Part shown: piece after piece, positions 24,275 to 33,358 of the stretch
How positions within the stretch are numbered: the stretch's first letter is position 1
How the letters are laid out: every line of letters begins with the position of its first letter
Virus record (IMG/VR): IMGVR_UViG_3300045988_179398
Coordinates: 1-64,000 of that record
Length of the DNA stretch: 64,000 bases
Strand: one strand, 5' to 3'
Source: a virus
Program-made: the position numbers and the translations under genes
Notes under the pieces: generated by a model
What the model saw: only the letters and a program-made list of their open reading frames with translations
Databases searched by the model: none
What the model was told of the DNA's origin: nothing

Positions 24275-26204
24275 AAAACGCGGCAGACCGCGCAAAATTG
24301 CAGTAGACGAAGATAAGAAAATTTTAACCGATAACGCGAGTGAAACGCTTATGATGGAACAGAAAAGCGCGGCGGGAACGAACGGAAGAGTAACCATTAA
24401 TCAAGTGGCGGAGAGTTTGTTCTCGTTGTATGGGAGTGTTCTTGGTACTTATAACGGGGAATGGGGAAGTAATAACATAAATCTTTACAACCCGTTTTTG
24501 CAGAACTCGCGATTGAAGATGATAAACGCGTCCCCAGTAACGGAGACGCCCGAAGAAATCGCGCAAGCGTTGAAAGACCCTGGGTCTCACGAAGAAGAGC
24601 TTAAATCGGTCTCGGCGGGGCTTTCCGCTCGGCAATACCTTTATTACAAGATATTGCGAGAGGCGTGCGATGTCCCGATGTATAAGAGCTATTTTTTACC
24701 CGAAACGCTCGAAGATGCGAGTGAATATACGAGCAAGAGATTTCGCGAAGAGGAAGCTTTTGTAGAAGAGTGGAAAGATAGACTTGACCCGCAAGCTTTG
24801 TTTAAAAGAATTGGAATGGAAGTCAAGAGAGAGGGAAAACCGTCCTATATATTCAGACAATGTATATATGAGGACGAGGGGAAGAAGCGCGTTAAATACG
24901 TAACGTTCCAAAAACTCCCTGCCGCTTATACCAAACTCACAGGAATTGGCGAGCACGGTTATATCGCGAGTTTTAACCTTATGGTATTTATGAACCCCGC
25001 ATTTTCGCCGTTGCAATACCCCGAATTCATACGTAAGATTTGGGATGACATTATCAAAGGCGGAATCGTGTATCGCGATAATAAAGGCAATTACGCGGTA
25101 GACGCCAATAAACTTGCTAAATTCACATACGATGATGAAGGACAGGAGCGCAAAGGAACGATAGAAATCGCCAAACAAGCGGCTTCGACGGTTTATTTGT
25201 ATTGGGTACAGTTGCCGCAAGACCTTTGTTTTACCTTTATGAGCGACGGTTCTAACGCATGGTCGGTTCCCGATACGATAGGTCTTTTCTCGGACCTTCA
25301 AGAATTAAGCGATTATTCAACACTTGCAGGCTTGATAGCGAGCAGCCCGTTGACGGCTGTTCTTACAGGTCAGGCAGAATTTATAGATGGAGCGCAGCCA
25401 GGTCAAGATCAGACCAAGATCAGACCGACGACGCTCGAAGCGTTCCAAAACCTTTTCAATTCAATGGTTTCTGGAAACATCAATGCTTTCTTTGGACCGT
25501 TCAAAGATATGAAACTACAGTCGTTGCCGAACATACCGAATAGCAGCGACATTAAAACGAAGGCGGTTCAAAACTTCATTTCCTCGGCAGGAGAGGGCGG
25601 CTTGATTGTTGCAACCGATAAACCGTCGGTAGCGATGATTAAAGGCGCGCAAATGCTTGCCGAGTCTCAATACGATTATGTCACAAGACAAATCGAAACA
25701 GCCACAAACACCGTACTTGAAAAATGGTGCGGTTGTAAATATAAATGGAAGCTCAAACTTTGGGGCGGAATTTATACTTTTGACAGTCAAGTCAAGAATA
25801 TGAAAGAACTTGTGTCTTCGGGCGCAACGTTCGTCCTTCCGAGATTGGCTTCTGCTTATGATATGTCTCTCAGGCAGGTACTCGGAGTATCGAGCTATAT
25901 CGATGAGAACAAGTTGTATGATAAATTCAAAACATTAGGTTGGGCGCAGAGTGCACAAAACGCACAGGCTCGTAGCGGCTCGACACAGGATTCTAATGGC
26001 GTTGGACGTACAGCATTGGACGATACCGATATAGAAAATGATTCCACAGCACAAAGCAGAGAGACTGGCGCTAACATCACCGAATTAAAGGAAGATTATG
26101 TCGCTCAACATATTTGCCCGTTGTGCGGGAGCGAAGACGTTGAAGACGGTCATTTCTTATGCTCGGAATGTGAAGAAAAGATGGAATTAGACGGGGAGGA
26201 ATGA
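24255..26204 (+). CDS. putative portal protein with C-terminal zinc ribbon
   Basis: Size (649 aa) and position after terL. C-terminus CPLCGSEDVEDGHFLCSECEEKM. No family motif verified. Confidence 0.6.
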   Translation: MADQTTKKRGRPRKIAVDEDKKILTDNASETLMMEQKSAAGTNGRVTINQVAESLFSLYGSVLGTYNGEWGSNNINLYNPFLQNSRLKMINASPVTETPEEIAQALKDPGSHEEELKSVSAGLSARQYLYYKILREACDVPMYKSYFLPETLEDASEYTSKRFREEEAFVEEWKDRLDPQALFKRIGMEVKREGKPSYIFRQCIYEDEGKKRVKYVTFQKLPAAYTKLTGIGEHGYIASFNLMVFMNPAFSPLQYPEFIRKIWDDIIKGGIVYRDNKGNYAVDANKLAKFTYDDEGQERKGTIEIAKQAASTVYLYWVQLPQDLCFTFMSDGSNAWSVPDTIGLFSDLQELSDYSTLAGLIASSPLTAVLTGQAEFIDGAQPGQDQTKIRPTTLEAFQNLFNSMVSGNINAFFGPFKDMKLQSLPNIPNSSDIKTKAVQNFISSAGEGGLIVATDKPSVAMIKGAQMLAESQYDYVTRQIETATNTVLEKWCGCKYKWKLKLWGGIYTFDSQVKNMKELVSSGATFVLPRLASAYDMSLRQVLGVSSYIDENKLYDKFKTLGWAQSAQNAQARSGSTQDSNGVGRTALDDTDIENDSTAQSRETGANITELKEDYVAQHICPLCGSEDVEDGHFLCSECEEKMELDGEE

Positions 26205-26208
26205 TTCA

Positions 26209-26400
26209 ATGGGAGACAAATGTAATCATCGAATTAAATCGAAAAACACGACCTTGCACTTACTTGGTCGGGTATTTATGACACACCCGAGTGTCCGTCA
26301 CGCCGTTTGTATGATTTGTGGAAAAGAGTTCAAGTTTGTCGAAGATGAAAATGGCGAACTTAAACCCTTTAAGAAGAACTGTGAGGAGGCAGAAAAATGA
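26209..26400 (+). CDS. small protein (63 aa) with CxxC
   Basis: GGAGGA 8 nt upstream. Contains VCMICGKEF. Confidence 0.55.
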   Translation: MGDKCNHRIKSKNTTLHLLGRVFMTHPSVRHAVCMICGKEFKFVEDENGELKPFKKNCEEAEK

Positions 26401-26903
26401 AGATTTCAGAAGCTTGTTATGAGCAATTGAACAATCTTATCAAAAAGAGTTTCGATTGCAATGCTCAAGCGGATAACTTCGCGTATAACATCGATTACAC
26501 GCGCTATCCGAACATCGCAAATCTTTATCATCATGCATTTGCCCACAAATTTCCTCAGCTTGCGGACGTCATAAGCGACCTTATGATACAGTTAAACGCA
26601 AGACCTGTCAGACGGGCGGTAAACGAGTACAAATCGGAATACCTCAGCCTTTATGACTTATTTGTTGATAACGACCGAATGATGGAGGAGTATAGACAAG
26701 AAGTTCGTAAAACAATTGATATCGCGGATTTGAACGACGATTACGAAGTCAGAATTGCGATGGAAGATTTTTTACTTAAACTTTTGCCTTATGTAAAACA
26801 GGCGGACATCTGGCGCACGAAGAGTGAGCAGTATAAAGACGAACCGTCGCAATTTGATGTGCATTTTGCAGAATTAACCACGCTTATCCCACATACCTTA
26901 TAA
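26397..26903 (+). CDS. hypothetical protein (168 aa)
   Basis: ATGA overlap with the upstream ORF. GAGGAGG upstream. Confidence 0.75.
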   Translation: MKISEACYEQLNNLIKKSFDCNAQADNFAYNIDYTRYPNIANLYHHAFAHKFPQLADVISDLMIQLNARPVRRAVNEYKSEYLSLYDLFVDNDRMMEEYRQEVRKTIDIADLNDDYEVRIAMEDFLLKLLPYVKQADIWRTKSEQYKDEPSQFDVHFAELTTLIPHTL

Positions 26904-26938
26904 AATTAACTAACTTATAATAAAGGGGGGTTTAACAT

Positions 26939-27676
26939 ATGAAAGAAATTGTTGATTCAATTATCAAATATGGAAGTACCCCTGTGCTGATAGCCGCGCT
27001 TGTATTTATTATTATTTGGTTCGCCAGGTGTTTTAAAGATATGAATGAGCGGCAACAAGAAATAAGCCAGAAGTCCGAGGAACGGGCTACCGAATTCTTA
27101 AAACTGATCAAAGAGGTCGAGGATAATACTAAACATACGCATCCTGGACCAGAAGAGGAAGAAAATAGGCGTTGTAATGATTTAGTAATGAATTTATTAA
27201 ATTGTTTACGCGAAAAATCTGGCGCAAATCGTGTAAGTTGTTTTATATACCATAATGGGGGGTATAGCGTAACTGGAAGAAGTTTTCAGAAAATGTCGAT
27301 GCTTTATGAAGTAGTTGACGGGAAAACAGTTTCGGTAATGAATTCTTTTCAAAATGTTCCTCGAACAATGTTTTTTACACTTACTCAAAAACTATCAGAA
27401 CAGGGTTGTTACGATATTAGCAATATAGAGGACATAAAAGATGCCGATGCGATAACGTATCAAACCTTTTATGCAAGAGGAGCAAAAGCGGCGTATTGCG
27501 GCGTAATCAAGGACAGCAGGAAGAATATTCTTGGTTTTATCGTTGTGGAATACACCGTTGACAAATGTAGTGATGAGAAGAAAACAAAAGACCTTATTAA
27601 AAACAAGGTCAACAAAATAAGCGCGGCATTGGAAGTAAATCCAGATGCACCGCTTAATCAAGGAGGGAAGAAATAA
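26939..27676 (+). CDS. membrane-anchored protein (245 aa) in the head module
   Basis: N-terminal hydrophobic helix PVLIAALVFIIIWFA, then a charged linker, then a globular alpha/beta-looking domain of about 150 aa. GGGGGG SD. Confidence 0.7.
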   Translation: MKEIVDSIIKYGSTPVLIAALVFIIIWFARCFKDMNERQQEISQKSEERATEFLKLIKEVEDNTKHTHPGPEEEENRRCNDLVMNLLNCLREKSGANRVSCFIYHNGGYSVTGRSFQKMSMLYEVVDGKTVSVMNSFQNVPRTMFFTLTQKLSEQGCYDISNIEDIKDADAITYQTFYARGAKAAYCGVIKDSRKNILGFIVVEYTVDKCSDEKKTKDLIKNKVNKISAALEVNPDAPLNQGGKK

Positions 27677-29508
27677 TGCTTAAGTGTTTTGAACTTGATT
27701 CTAACCAAATCAGAATTAGAGACATCTTAAACGACAAAAACTTCCTCGAAATAGAAATCTTTGCGATTTCTGATGCAAATCCTAACCGTAACAAAAGTCA
27801 TTTTACGCTCGAGTCAATGCAAAAAGGGCTTGAGTCTTTTAACGATAAACCTATACTTGGGTTTTTCAATAAACAGGGCGATTTTGAGTCTCACAACGGC
27901 AGAGTTGCCTATGATCCAGAAGAACAAGTGGATTATTGGGATAACTCTAACGGAGAACAGATTTTGGGTTTTATTCGCCAGACGGATAGGAAAGAAATCG
28001 TAGAAAGAGACGGTTTACACTGGATTTGCTGTACCGCAATGATATACACCCAATATAACTATAAGCAGGTCAAAAAACTACTTAAAGATCGAAAGAAAAA
28101 AGTATCGGTCGAGATAGCGGTTTTAGACAGCGAGATGGTTGACGGAGTTGAATATATCAAAGAATTTGACTTAAAGGGAATAACGATTCTCGGAAGCCGT
28201 AACGGCATACAGGTCAAAGAAGGTATTGAAGGCGCGGGATTATCGATTCTCGAAGTTTTTGACGCGGCGAGATTCAGTGGACAAAAACAAACAATTATTC
28301 AAGCGTACTCTCAGTTAGAGGACGATGAGAAAAATAAGGAGGACGGAAACTTGGCTATAGAAGATTTTGCAAAAGCTCTTAAAGTCAATAAATCCAAAGA
28401 AGCCATGTCCGATACCAGTTGGGGCGACGTTGACAAAACGGAGCTCAGAAAGCGCGTTGTCGAAGCGAGCAACTTTAAGGAAATCGCAGATGACGTGTTC
28501 CTCGACTTGAGAGAAGGCTGGGAAGAAGGGGAAGTTACGAAGCTCAAATATCCAGTTATGGAGATTAAAGGCGACGAACTGGTATATAACAGAGGGGCAT
28601 TAGGCTCAGCAAAGGCTTACGCCGAGAAGAACGGCGAAGAAGAAGTCTTAAAGAAGTTAAAGGCTATTTACGAACATTTAGACCTCGACTTCGAAGAGAA
28701 GTTTGATTGTGAATGCGACGAATTCTGCGACATTTACGAAGACGATGACGACTGTGATGATGATCACGATGATTGCGACGGCCGCTCGCTCGAAAAACAC
28801 GCGGAAGGAGTTGTCGTAGAGGAACCGAAGGCAGAATCCGTTGTGGTTGTTGAAAAGGTTTATACCGAGGAAGAATTCAACGCTGCTTGCGACGAATTGA
28901 AGATGAAATGTCAAGAGGCAGAAGGCAGATGTGCCGAAGTTGAAGGCAAGTATTCGGAACTCGAAGCTAAATGTTGTGAATATGAAAACAAATGCGGCGA
29001 ATACGAAAGTAAGTGCATGGATTATGAGAAGAAATGTGCAGAGTATGAGAAGAAATGTGCAGAGTATGAGAAGAAATGTGCAGAACTCGAAGAGAAGTGC
29101 GCGAATTACGAAGCAACCGCAGGAAAACTTAAGCTCGAAATGGATGAATGTATCGCGAAGATGCAGGACTACGAAGAGGTTAAGAAGGCTCGTGACGAAA
29201 TGGTCGAAAAATTCGCCGTTATGAAAGTTAACGAGCAAAAAGATTATATTTCCAATGTATGCGCTAAAATGAAGTTTACGGAAGAAGAGATTAAGCCGAT
29301 TGGTGAAAAATGCGAAAGAAGAGAATATGAAGATATCGATGCTATAGATAGAGATATTGCGTACTTATCTTTCCAAAAAACCAAAGCGACGCTTTTCAGT
29401 GAAAAAACGGAAATGTTTAGTGTAAATATTGTGGAAGAACCAAAACAAAAATCTGGTCGCAAAGAAAAAACATTACAAGAGCGACTCAAAGATAATTTAA
29501 GAAAATAA
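27676..29508 (+). CDS. putative scaffolding / prohead-protease-like protein with acidic Cys-rich and Cys-heptad coiled-coil regions
   Basis: Position between portal and capsid. CECDEFCDIYEDDDDCDDDHDDCDG, then KCCEYENKCGEYESKCMDYEKKCAEYEKKCAEYEKKCAELEEKC. Confidence 0.55.
   Translation: MLKCFELDSNQIRIRDILNDKNFLEIEIFAISDANPNRNKSHFTLESMQKGLESFNDKPILGFFNKQGDFESHNGRVAYDPEEQVDYWDNSNGEQILGFIRQTDRKEIVERDGLHWICCTAMIYTQYNYKQVKKLLKDRKKKVSVEIAVLDSEMVDGVEYIKEFDLKGITILGSRNGIQVKEGIEGAGLSILEVFDAARFSGQKQTIIQAYSQLEDDEKNKEDGNLAIEDFAKALKVNKSKEAMSDTSWGDVDKTELRKRVVEASNFKEIADDVFLDLREGWEEGEVTKLKYPVMEIKGDELVYNRGALGSAKAYAEKNGEEEVLKKLKAIYEHLDLDFEEKFDCECDEFCDIYEDDDDCDDDHDDCDGRSLEKHAEGVVVEEPKAESVVVVEKVYTEEEFNAACDELKMKCQEAEGRCAEVEGKYSELEAKCCEYENKCGEYESKCMDYEKKCAEYEKKCAEYEKKCAELEEKCANYEATAGKLKLEMDECIAKMQDYEEVKKARDEMVEKFAVMKVNEQKDYISNVCAKMKFTEEEIKPIGEKCERREYEDIDAIDRDIAYLSFQKTKATLFSEKTEMFSVNIVEEPKQKSGRKEKTLQERLKDNLRK
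29023..29085 (+). repeat. 3 x 21-nt perfect tandem repeat (TATGAGAAGAAATGTGCAGAG), in frame
   Basis: Units at 29023-29043, 29044-29064 and 29065-29085 (last base differs). Encodes YEKKCAE x3. Confidence 0.9.
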
Positions 29509-29525
29509 TTAAGGAGAAATTTAAT

Positions 29526-30068
29526 ATGGCTACTTTTGCTAAAATTAAAATGATGTCGGAAGACGTCAATTCTCTTCTTCTTACTGGTAAGTTTAAGGCC
29601 AACAGCCAACTTGCTAGAGTTGAAGATGGCGCTATCGTAGTTGTTGGCGACTTGATGGATAGCACGGTATATGCTAATAACAAAGATATGAACGTATTTG
29701 AAATCGGCGCACCTGCTGCTGATACCGATGAAGTTGCGATAGTTGATATCGTCGACGTTTCGAAGGGTGACGTTTATGGTGATGCGTGGAGACTCGGCGT
29801 TAGAACCGACAGCCTCTTTGCTGAACCTGGTCAACCTGTTAGAGTTAGAATACTTAAAAAATATGACAGATTCGAACTCTCGGCTGATGGTTTCAAGAGT
29901 GAACCCACTGTTGGTAAATATGCTGTTATCGAAGCTAACGGCACTAAGCTCGTTCCCTCGGAAGACGCTCCTGCTGCTGGAAAATTCGGTGTTAAGATCG
30001 AAACGGCGAAAGATTTCGTTATAGGTCAGACTGTTGCGGGCAAGAAATATTACTGCCGTGTACTTTAA
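29526..30068 (+). CDS. putative head decoration or auxiliary capsid protein (180 aa)
   Basis: Position immediately upstream of the capsid gene. Strong SD. No motif verified. Confidence 0.4.
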   Translation: MATFAKIKMMSEDVNSLLLTGKFKANSQLARVEDGAIVVVGDLMDSTVYANNKDMNVFEIGAPAADTDEVAIVDIVDVSKGDVYGDAWRLGVRTDSLFAEPGQPVRVRILKKYDRFELSADGFKSEPTVGKYAVIEANGTKLVPSEDAPAAGKFGVKIETAKDFVIGQTVAGKKYYCRVL

Positions 30069-30092
30069 TTTTTAAGGGAGGAATAGAATATT

Positions 30093-31187
30093 ATGTTAAA
30101 GATGTTTAATTATAAGAAATCTGACGTCGCCCTTTTTAATGATGTTGTAGACGGTATCGTTGATTCCGCTCGTCAAAGCATCGAAGGCGTTCAGAACCGT
30201 AAAGAATACGATGAAATGCAGGATGTAGTTTGCGAAAACCTCGTTAAATACTGCGTAAGCAATACTCGTTATGAGAACAGATTTGAAGCGGAAGGTCTTG
30301 ACCTTATAAAGAACCCCGCTGTTAACGGAAGCAGAGATTTCAGAGAAAACTTCGACGCGGTTATTGCGCAGGTTATCAACGCGACTCTTCCGATGACGAT
30401 GAGCTCGAGATTTGCTGATACGTTTATGGAACTTCATCACGTTGGTTGGGGCGACACCGCTCGTTTCATCGTTGATTCCAACGAACTTTATCAGGTAAAC
30501 GAACTTGCGGAAGGTATCCACCGTGGTGCCCTTCAGCACATTTACAACAACGAGATTTCGGTTAACCCGCAACCCGTTGAAATCGCTGTTTCGATCGACT
30601 GGTATCTTCTCGCTTCGAGAAAATTTGATATCGGTGTTTGGGCTGCGAAGATCGCTCGTTCGTTCGAAAACTACGTTCTTGCGAAAGCTATCGCTTCGCT
30701 CCTTTCTGTAACGGATGGACTTGGCGCTGGTTACACCACGAACGGTGTTGACGTTAAGAAATTCGGCACGCTTGCTCAGAGAGTATCTGTGGCTAACAAC
30801 GGCGCTGCTGTTTATGCTCTTGGTACTTCCGTTGCGCTTGCTTCGCTTATGCCCAACACGGTAGGCCTTCAGTATGGTCTTGGCGTTGAAATCACGAAGA
30901 ACGGCTTCCTTGACAGATATCTTGGAACCAACGTTATCGCGATTGATCAGGCTATCGATCCGTCGACCTTGAATTCGACCGCTAACCTTATGGTTCCCGA
31001 TGATAAGATTTTCCTTATCGCGGCTGGCGCGTACAAACCTCTCAAAGTTGTTATGGAAGGTAATGAAATCACCCTTACCGATATTCCCGAATACACCTCC
31101 GATAGAACTTACGTATTCTCCGTAAAAGTTCGTCTCGGAATAAAAGCGGTTCTTGGCTCCAAGCATGGCGTTATCAACCTCGGTTAA
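30093..31187 (+). CDS. putative major capsid protein (364 aa)
   Basis: Position after scaffold, size, strong SD, and followed by a hairpin. The family was not verified from sequence. Confidence 0.6.
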   Translation: MLKMFNYKKSDVALFNDVVDGIVDSARQSIEGVQNRKEYDEMQDVVCENLVKYCVSNTRYENRFEAEGLDLIKNPAVNGSRDFRENFDAVIAQVINATLPMTMSSRFADTFMELHHVGWGDTARFIVDSNELYQVNELAEGIHRGALQHIYNNEISVNPQPVEIAVSIDWYLLASRKFDIGVWAAKIARSFENYVLAKAIASLLSVTDGLGAGYTTNGVDVKKFGTLAQRVSVANNGAAVYALGTSVALASLMPNTVGLQYGLGVEITKNGFLDRYLGTNVIAIDQAIDPSTLNSTANLMVPDDKIFLIAAGAYKPLKVVMEGNEITLTDIPEYTSDRTYVFSVKVRLGIKAVLGSKHGVINLG

Positions 31188-31199
31188 TTAAGTTTTTTG

Positions 31200-31226
31200 A
31201 TGGCGTTTCTTTTTAAAAAACGCCAT
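31200..31226 (+). terminator. hairpin after the capsid gene
   Basis: ATGGCGTTT-CTTTTTAAA-AAACGCCAT, a perfect 9-bp stem. Only a short T run follows. Confidence 0.5.
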
Positions 31227-31242
31227 TTCCATTACAAAACGC

Positions 31243-31271
31243 TTGACAAGTGCCAAGTAATTTGTTATAAT
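31243..31271 (+). promoter_or_regulatory. sigma70/SigA-type promoter (perfect consensus) for nuclease paralog B
   Basis: TTGACA (31243-31248), 17-nt spacer ending in TGT, TATAAT (31266-31271). Confidence 0.8.
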
Positions 31272-31368
31272 TAACGTGTAAATTGCGGGACAGCGACGGC
31301 CATCGTTTTCCTTTGTCTCCTATCATTGGGATTACCGCTTTTTATATATTTTTATAGGAGATCAAAAA

Positions 31369-33297
31369 ATGAGAAATTTTTCGAAAGAAGAGTTATATGA
31401 ATTATATATAACTCAAAACAAATCAAAAAGAGAAGTAGCTGAAATATTGCATACTAACGAGAAAACTTTGGGCGATTATTTTAAAAAATATGGAATAAAA
31501 AAATCAAAAGAAGATGTCGTTAGAGCAAGAGAATTGACATGCTTGAAAAATTTTGGTTCAACAAACCAAATGAAAAATATTGAAATCGCGCAAGAACTTC
31601 GTTCCAAACAAATAGATAGTGGTAAAATTAAAGATATACCATACGAAGAGCTTTATGATGTTTTGGTTAATAAAAAAATGCTTGTAACCAATGCGGCGAA
31701 TTTTTTTCATACTTCAATAAGCACCATAAAGAGACTTGCAAAAGAAAACGGGATTGAAATTTGTAAAGAAGAATTAAAAGCCGTTGATAAAGACGAGTTG
31801 GAAAATTATTATATTACAGAAAAACATACTCGCGAAGAATGTGCAGAGTATTTTGGAGTATCTTATTCTCGTATTAAAACGTTTTTGAAAAAGTATAAAA
31901 TCGAAAAAAGTAAAGATGAGATTTTTGAAAACATTAAACGTGGGCATAAGCGTAAAACTGGATATGAATATGCTTTGCAAAACCCCGAATCGATAAAAAA
32001 ACAAAAGGCTACTTATAAAAATAGAACCGAAGAGGAAAAGTCGGAGACGATTGAAAAACGCAAAAATACCTGTATGGATAGATTTGGTGCGAATAATCCC
32101 TTGCGTTCAGAAGATATAAAAGAAAAAGCGTTTGCTACTAATATAGAAAGATATGGATATAAAACATCAATTCAAAATCCAGAAATTCGTAAAAAAGCGG
32201 AAGATACTTTATTTGATCGGTTTGGAGTCAGGAACCCGTCTTTAGTTCCCGAGTTTAAACAAAAAAGAGAAAACACCATGCGAGAAAGATTTGGTGTTTG
32301 TAATTACGGAGAGATTGTCTTATCGGAAGATATTAGGAATTTACTTAACGATAAAGATAAATTCAAAAAATATGTTTTAGATAATAAGTTATCGACGACG
32401 TATGATATTGCGGAAAGTATAGGATGTTCAATTACAACTATTACAAACAGAATTCACGAATATAATTTAGAAGATTTGGTGAATAGGTCACAATCGCATT
32501 TTGAGACGGAAGTCAATCGTATTCTGACCGATTGGAATGTTAGACATTATAAAACAAGACAAATTTTAAGCAGTAAGCAAGAAATAGATTTTTATTGTCC
32601 GAATGAAGCGGTTGGTTTTGAATTTAATGGTAACTGGCCTCATTGTTCGATTAATAAAGATAAAAAATACCACATGGACAAATCATTGGAAGCGCAAGAA
32701 AAGAATGTAAGATTTGTCCACATATATGAATACGAATGGTGTAATCCTCAAAAACAGCCAATAATATTATCTTTAATGCGTGGAGCGCTTGGTCTTTTTG
32801 ATAAAAAAATATATGCAAGGAATTGTAAAATAAAAGAGGTTGGGACAAAAGAGTATTTCGACTTCTGTAATCAAAATCATACACAGGGTTATAGGCAAGC
32901 AAGGATTATTTATGGGCTTTATTTCAATGATGAATTAGTTCAGATAATGAGTTTTTCTCATAATGATAAATATGAATGGGAGATAATTCGTGAATGTTCT
33001 AAAATTAATACTCAAGTAATTGGCGGTAACTCAAAGCTGTTTAAATATTTTATAAAAACGCAAAATCCAAACAGTATTTTTAGTTATTGCGATTTTAATA
33101 AATTTAATGGCAAAGGCTATGAGTTATTGGGTATGAAATTTATAGGATATACTGGTCCAGATATGAAATGGTATTTGAAAGGCAATATAGTTATAAATAG
33201 AAGTCCAAGTAAAAACAAAGAACTCAAAGAAAAAGCTATTGCCCAAATTTGGGGCGCTGGTTCTAAAAAGTATTTGTGGATAAAACCGCAAGAATAA
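31369..33297 (+). CDS. multi-HTH protein with PD-(D/E)XK nuclease core and extra C-terminal domain (homing-endonuclease-like), paralog B
   Basis: Three N-terminal units like those of ORF 19874. Repeated ...RFG..NP... modules. ETEVNRIL...QEIDFYCPNEAVGFEFNGNWPH. C-terminal KIYARNCKIKEVGTKEYFDFCNQNHTQGY domain. Confidence 0.65.
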   Translation: MRNFSKEELYELYITQNKSKREVAEILHTNEKTLGDYFKKYGIKKSKEDVVRARELTCLKNFGSTNQMKNIEIAQELRSKQIDSGKIKDIPYEELYDVLVNKKMLVTNAANFFHTSISTIKRLAKENGIEICKEELKAVDKDELENYYITEKHTREECAEYFGVSYSRIKTFLKKYKIEKSKDEIFENIKRGHKRKTGYEYALQNPESIKKQKATYKNRTEEEKSETIEKRKNTCMDRFGANNPLRSEDIKEKAFATNIERYGYKTSIQNPEIRKKAEDTLFDRFGVRNPSLVPEFKQKRENTMRERFGVCNYGEIVLSEDIRNLLNDKDKFKKYVLDNKLSTTYDIAESIGCSITTITNRIHEYNLEDLVNRSQSHFETEVNRILTDWNVRHYKTRQILSSKQEIDFYCPNEAVGFEFNGNWPHCSINKDKKYHMDKSLEAQEKNVRFVHIYEYEWCNPQKQPIILSLMRGALGLFDKKIYARNCKIKEVGTKEYFDFCNQNHTQGYRQARIIYGLYFNDELVQIMSFSHNDKYEWEIIRECSKINTQVIGGNSKLFKYFIKTQNPNSIFSYCDFNKFNGKGYELLGMKFIGYTGPDMKWYLKGNIVINRSPSKNKELKEKAIAQIWGAGSKKYLWIKPQE

Positions 33298-33358
33298 GTT
33301 AAAACAAACGTTGCGTAAGCGGCGTTTTGTATGATAAAAGTAGTAAAAGGAGAAAATT

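Noticed and set aside
30096-31166. 356-aa ORF on the minus strand, exactly mirroring the capsid gene
   Set aside because: It has no SD, its sequence is low-complexity and basic, and it is fully antisense to a well-supported, SD-led plus-strand gene. It is a typical shadow ORF.
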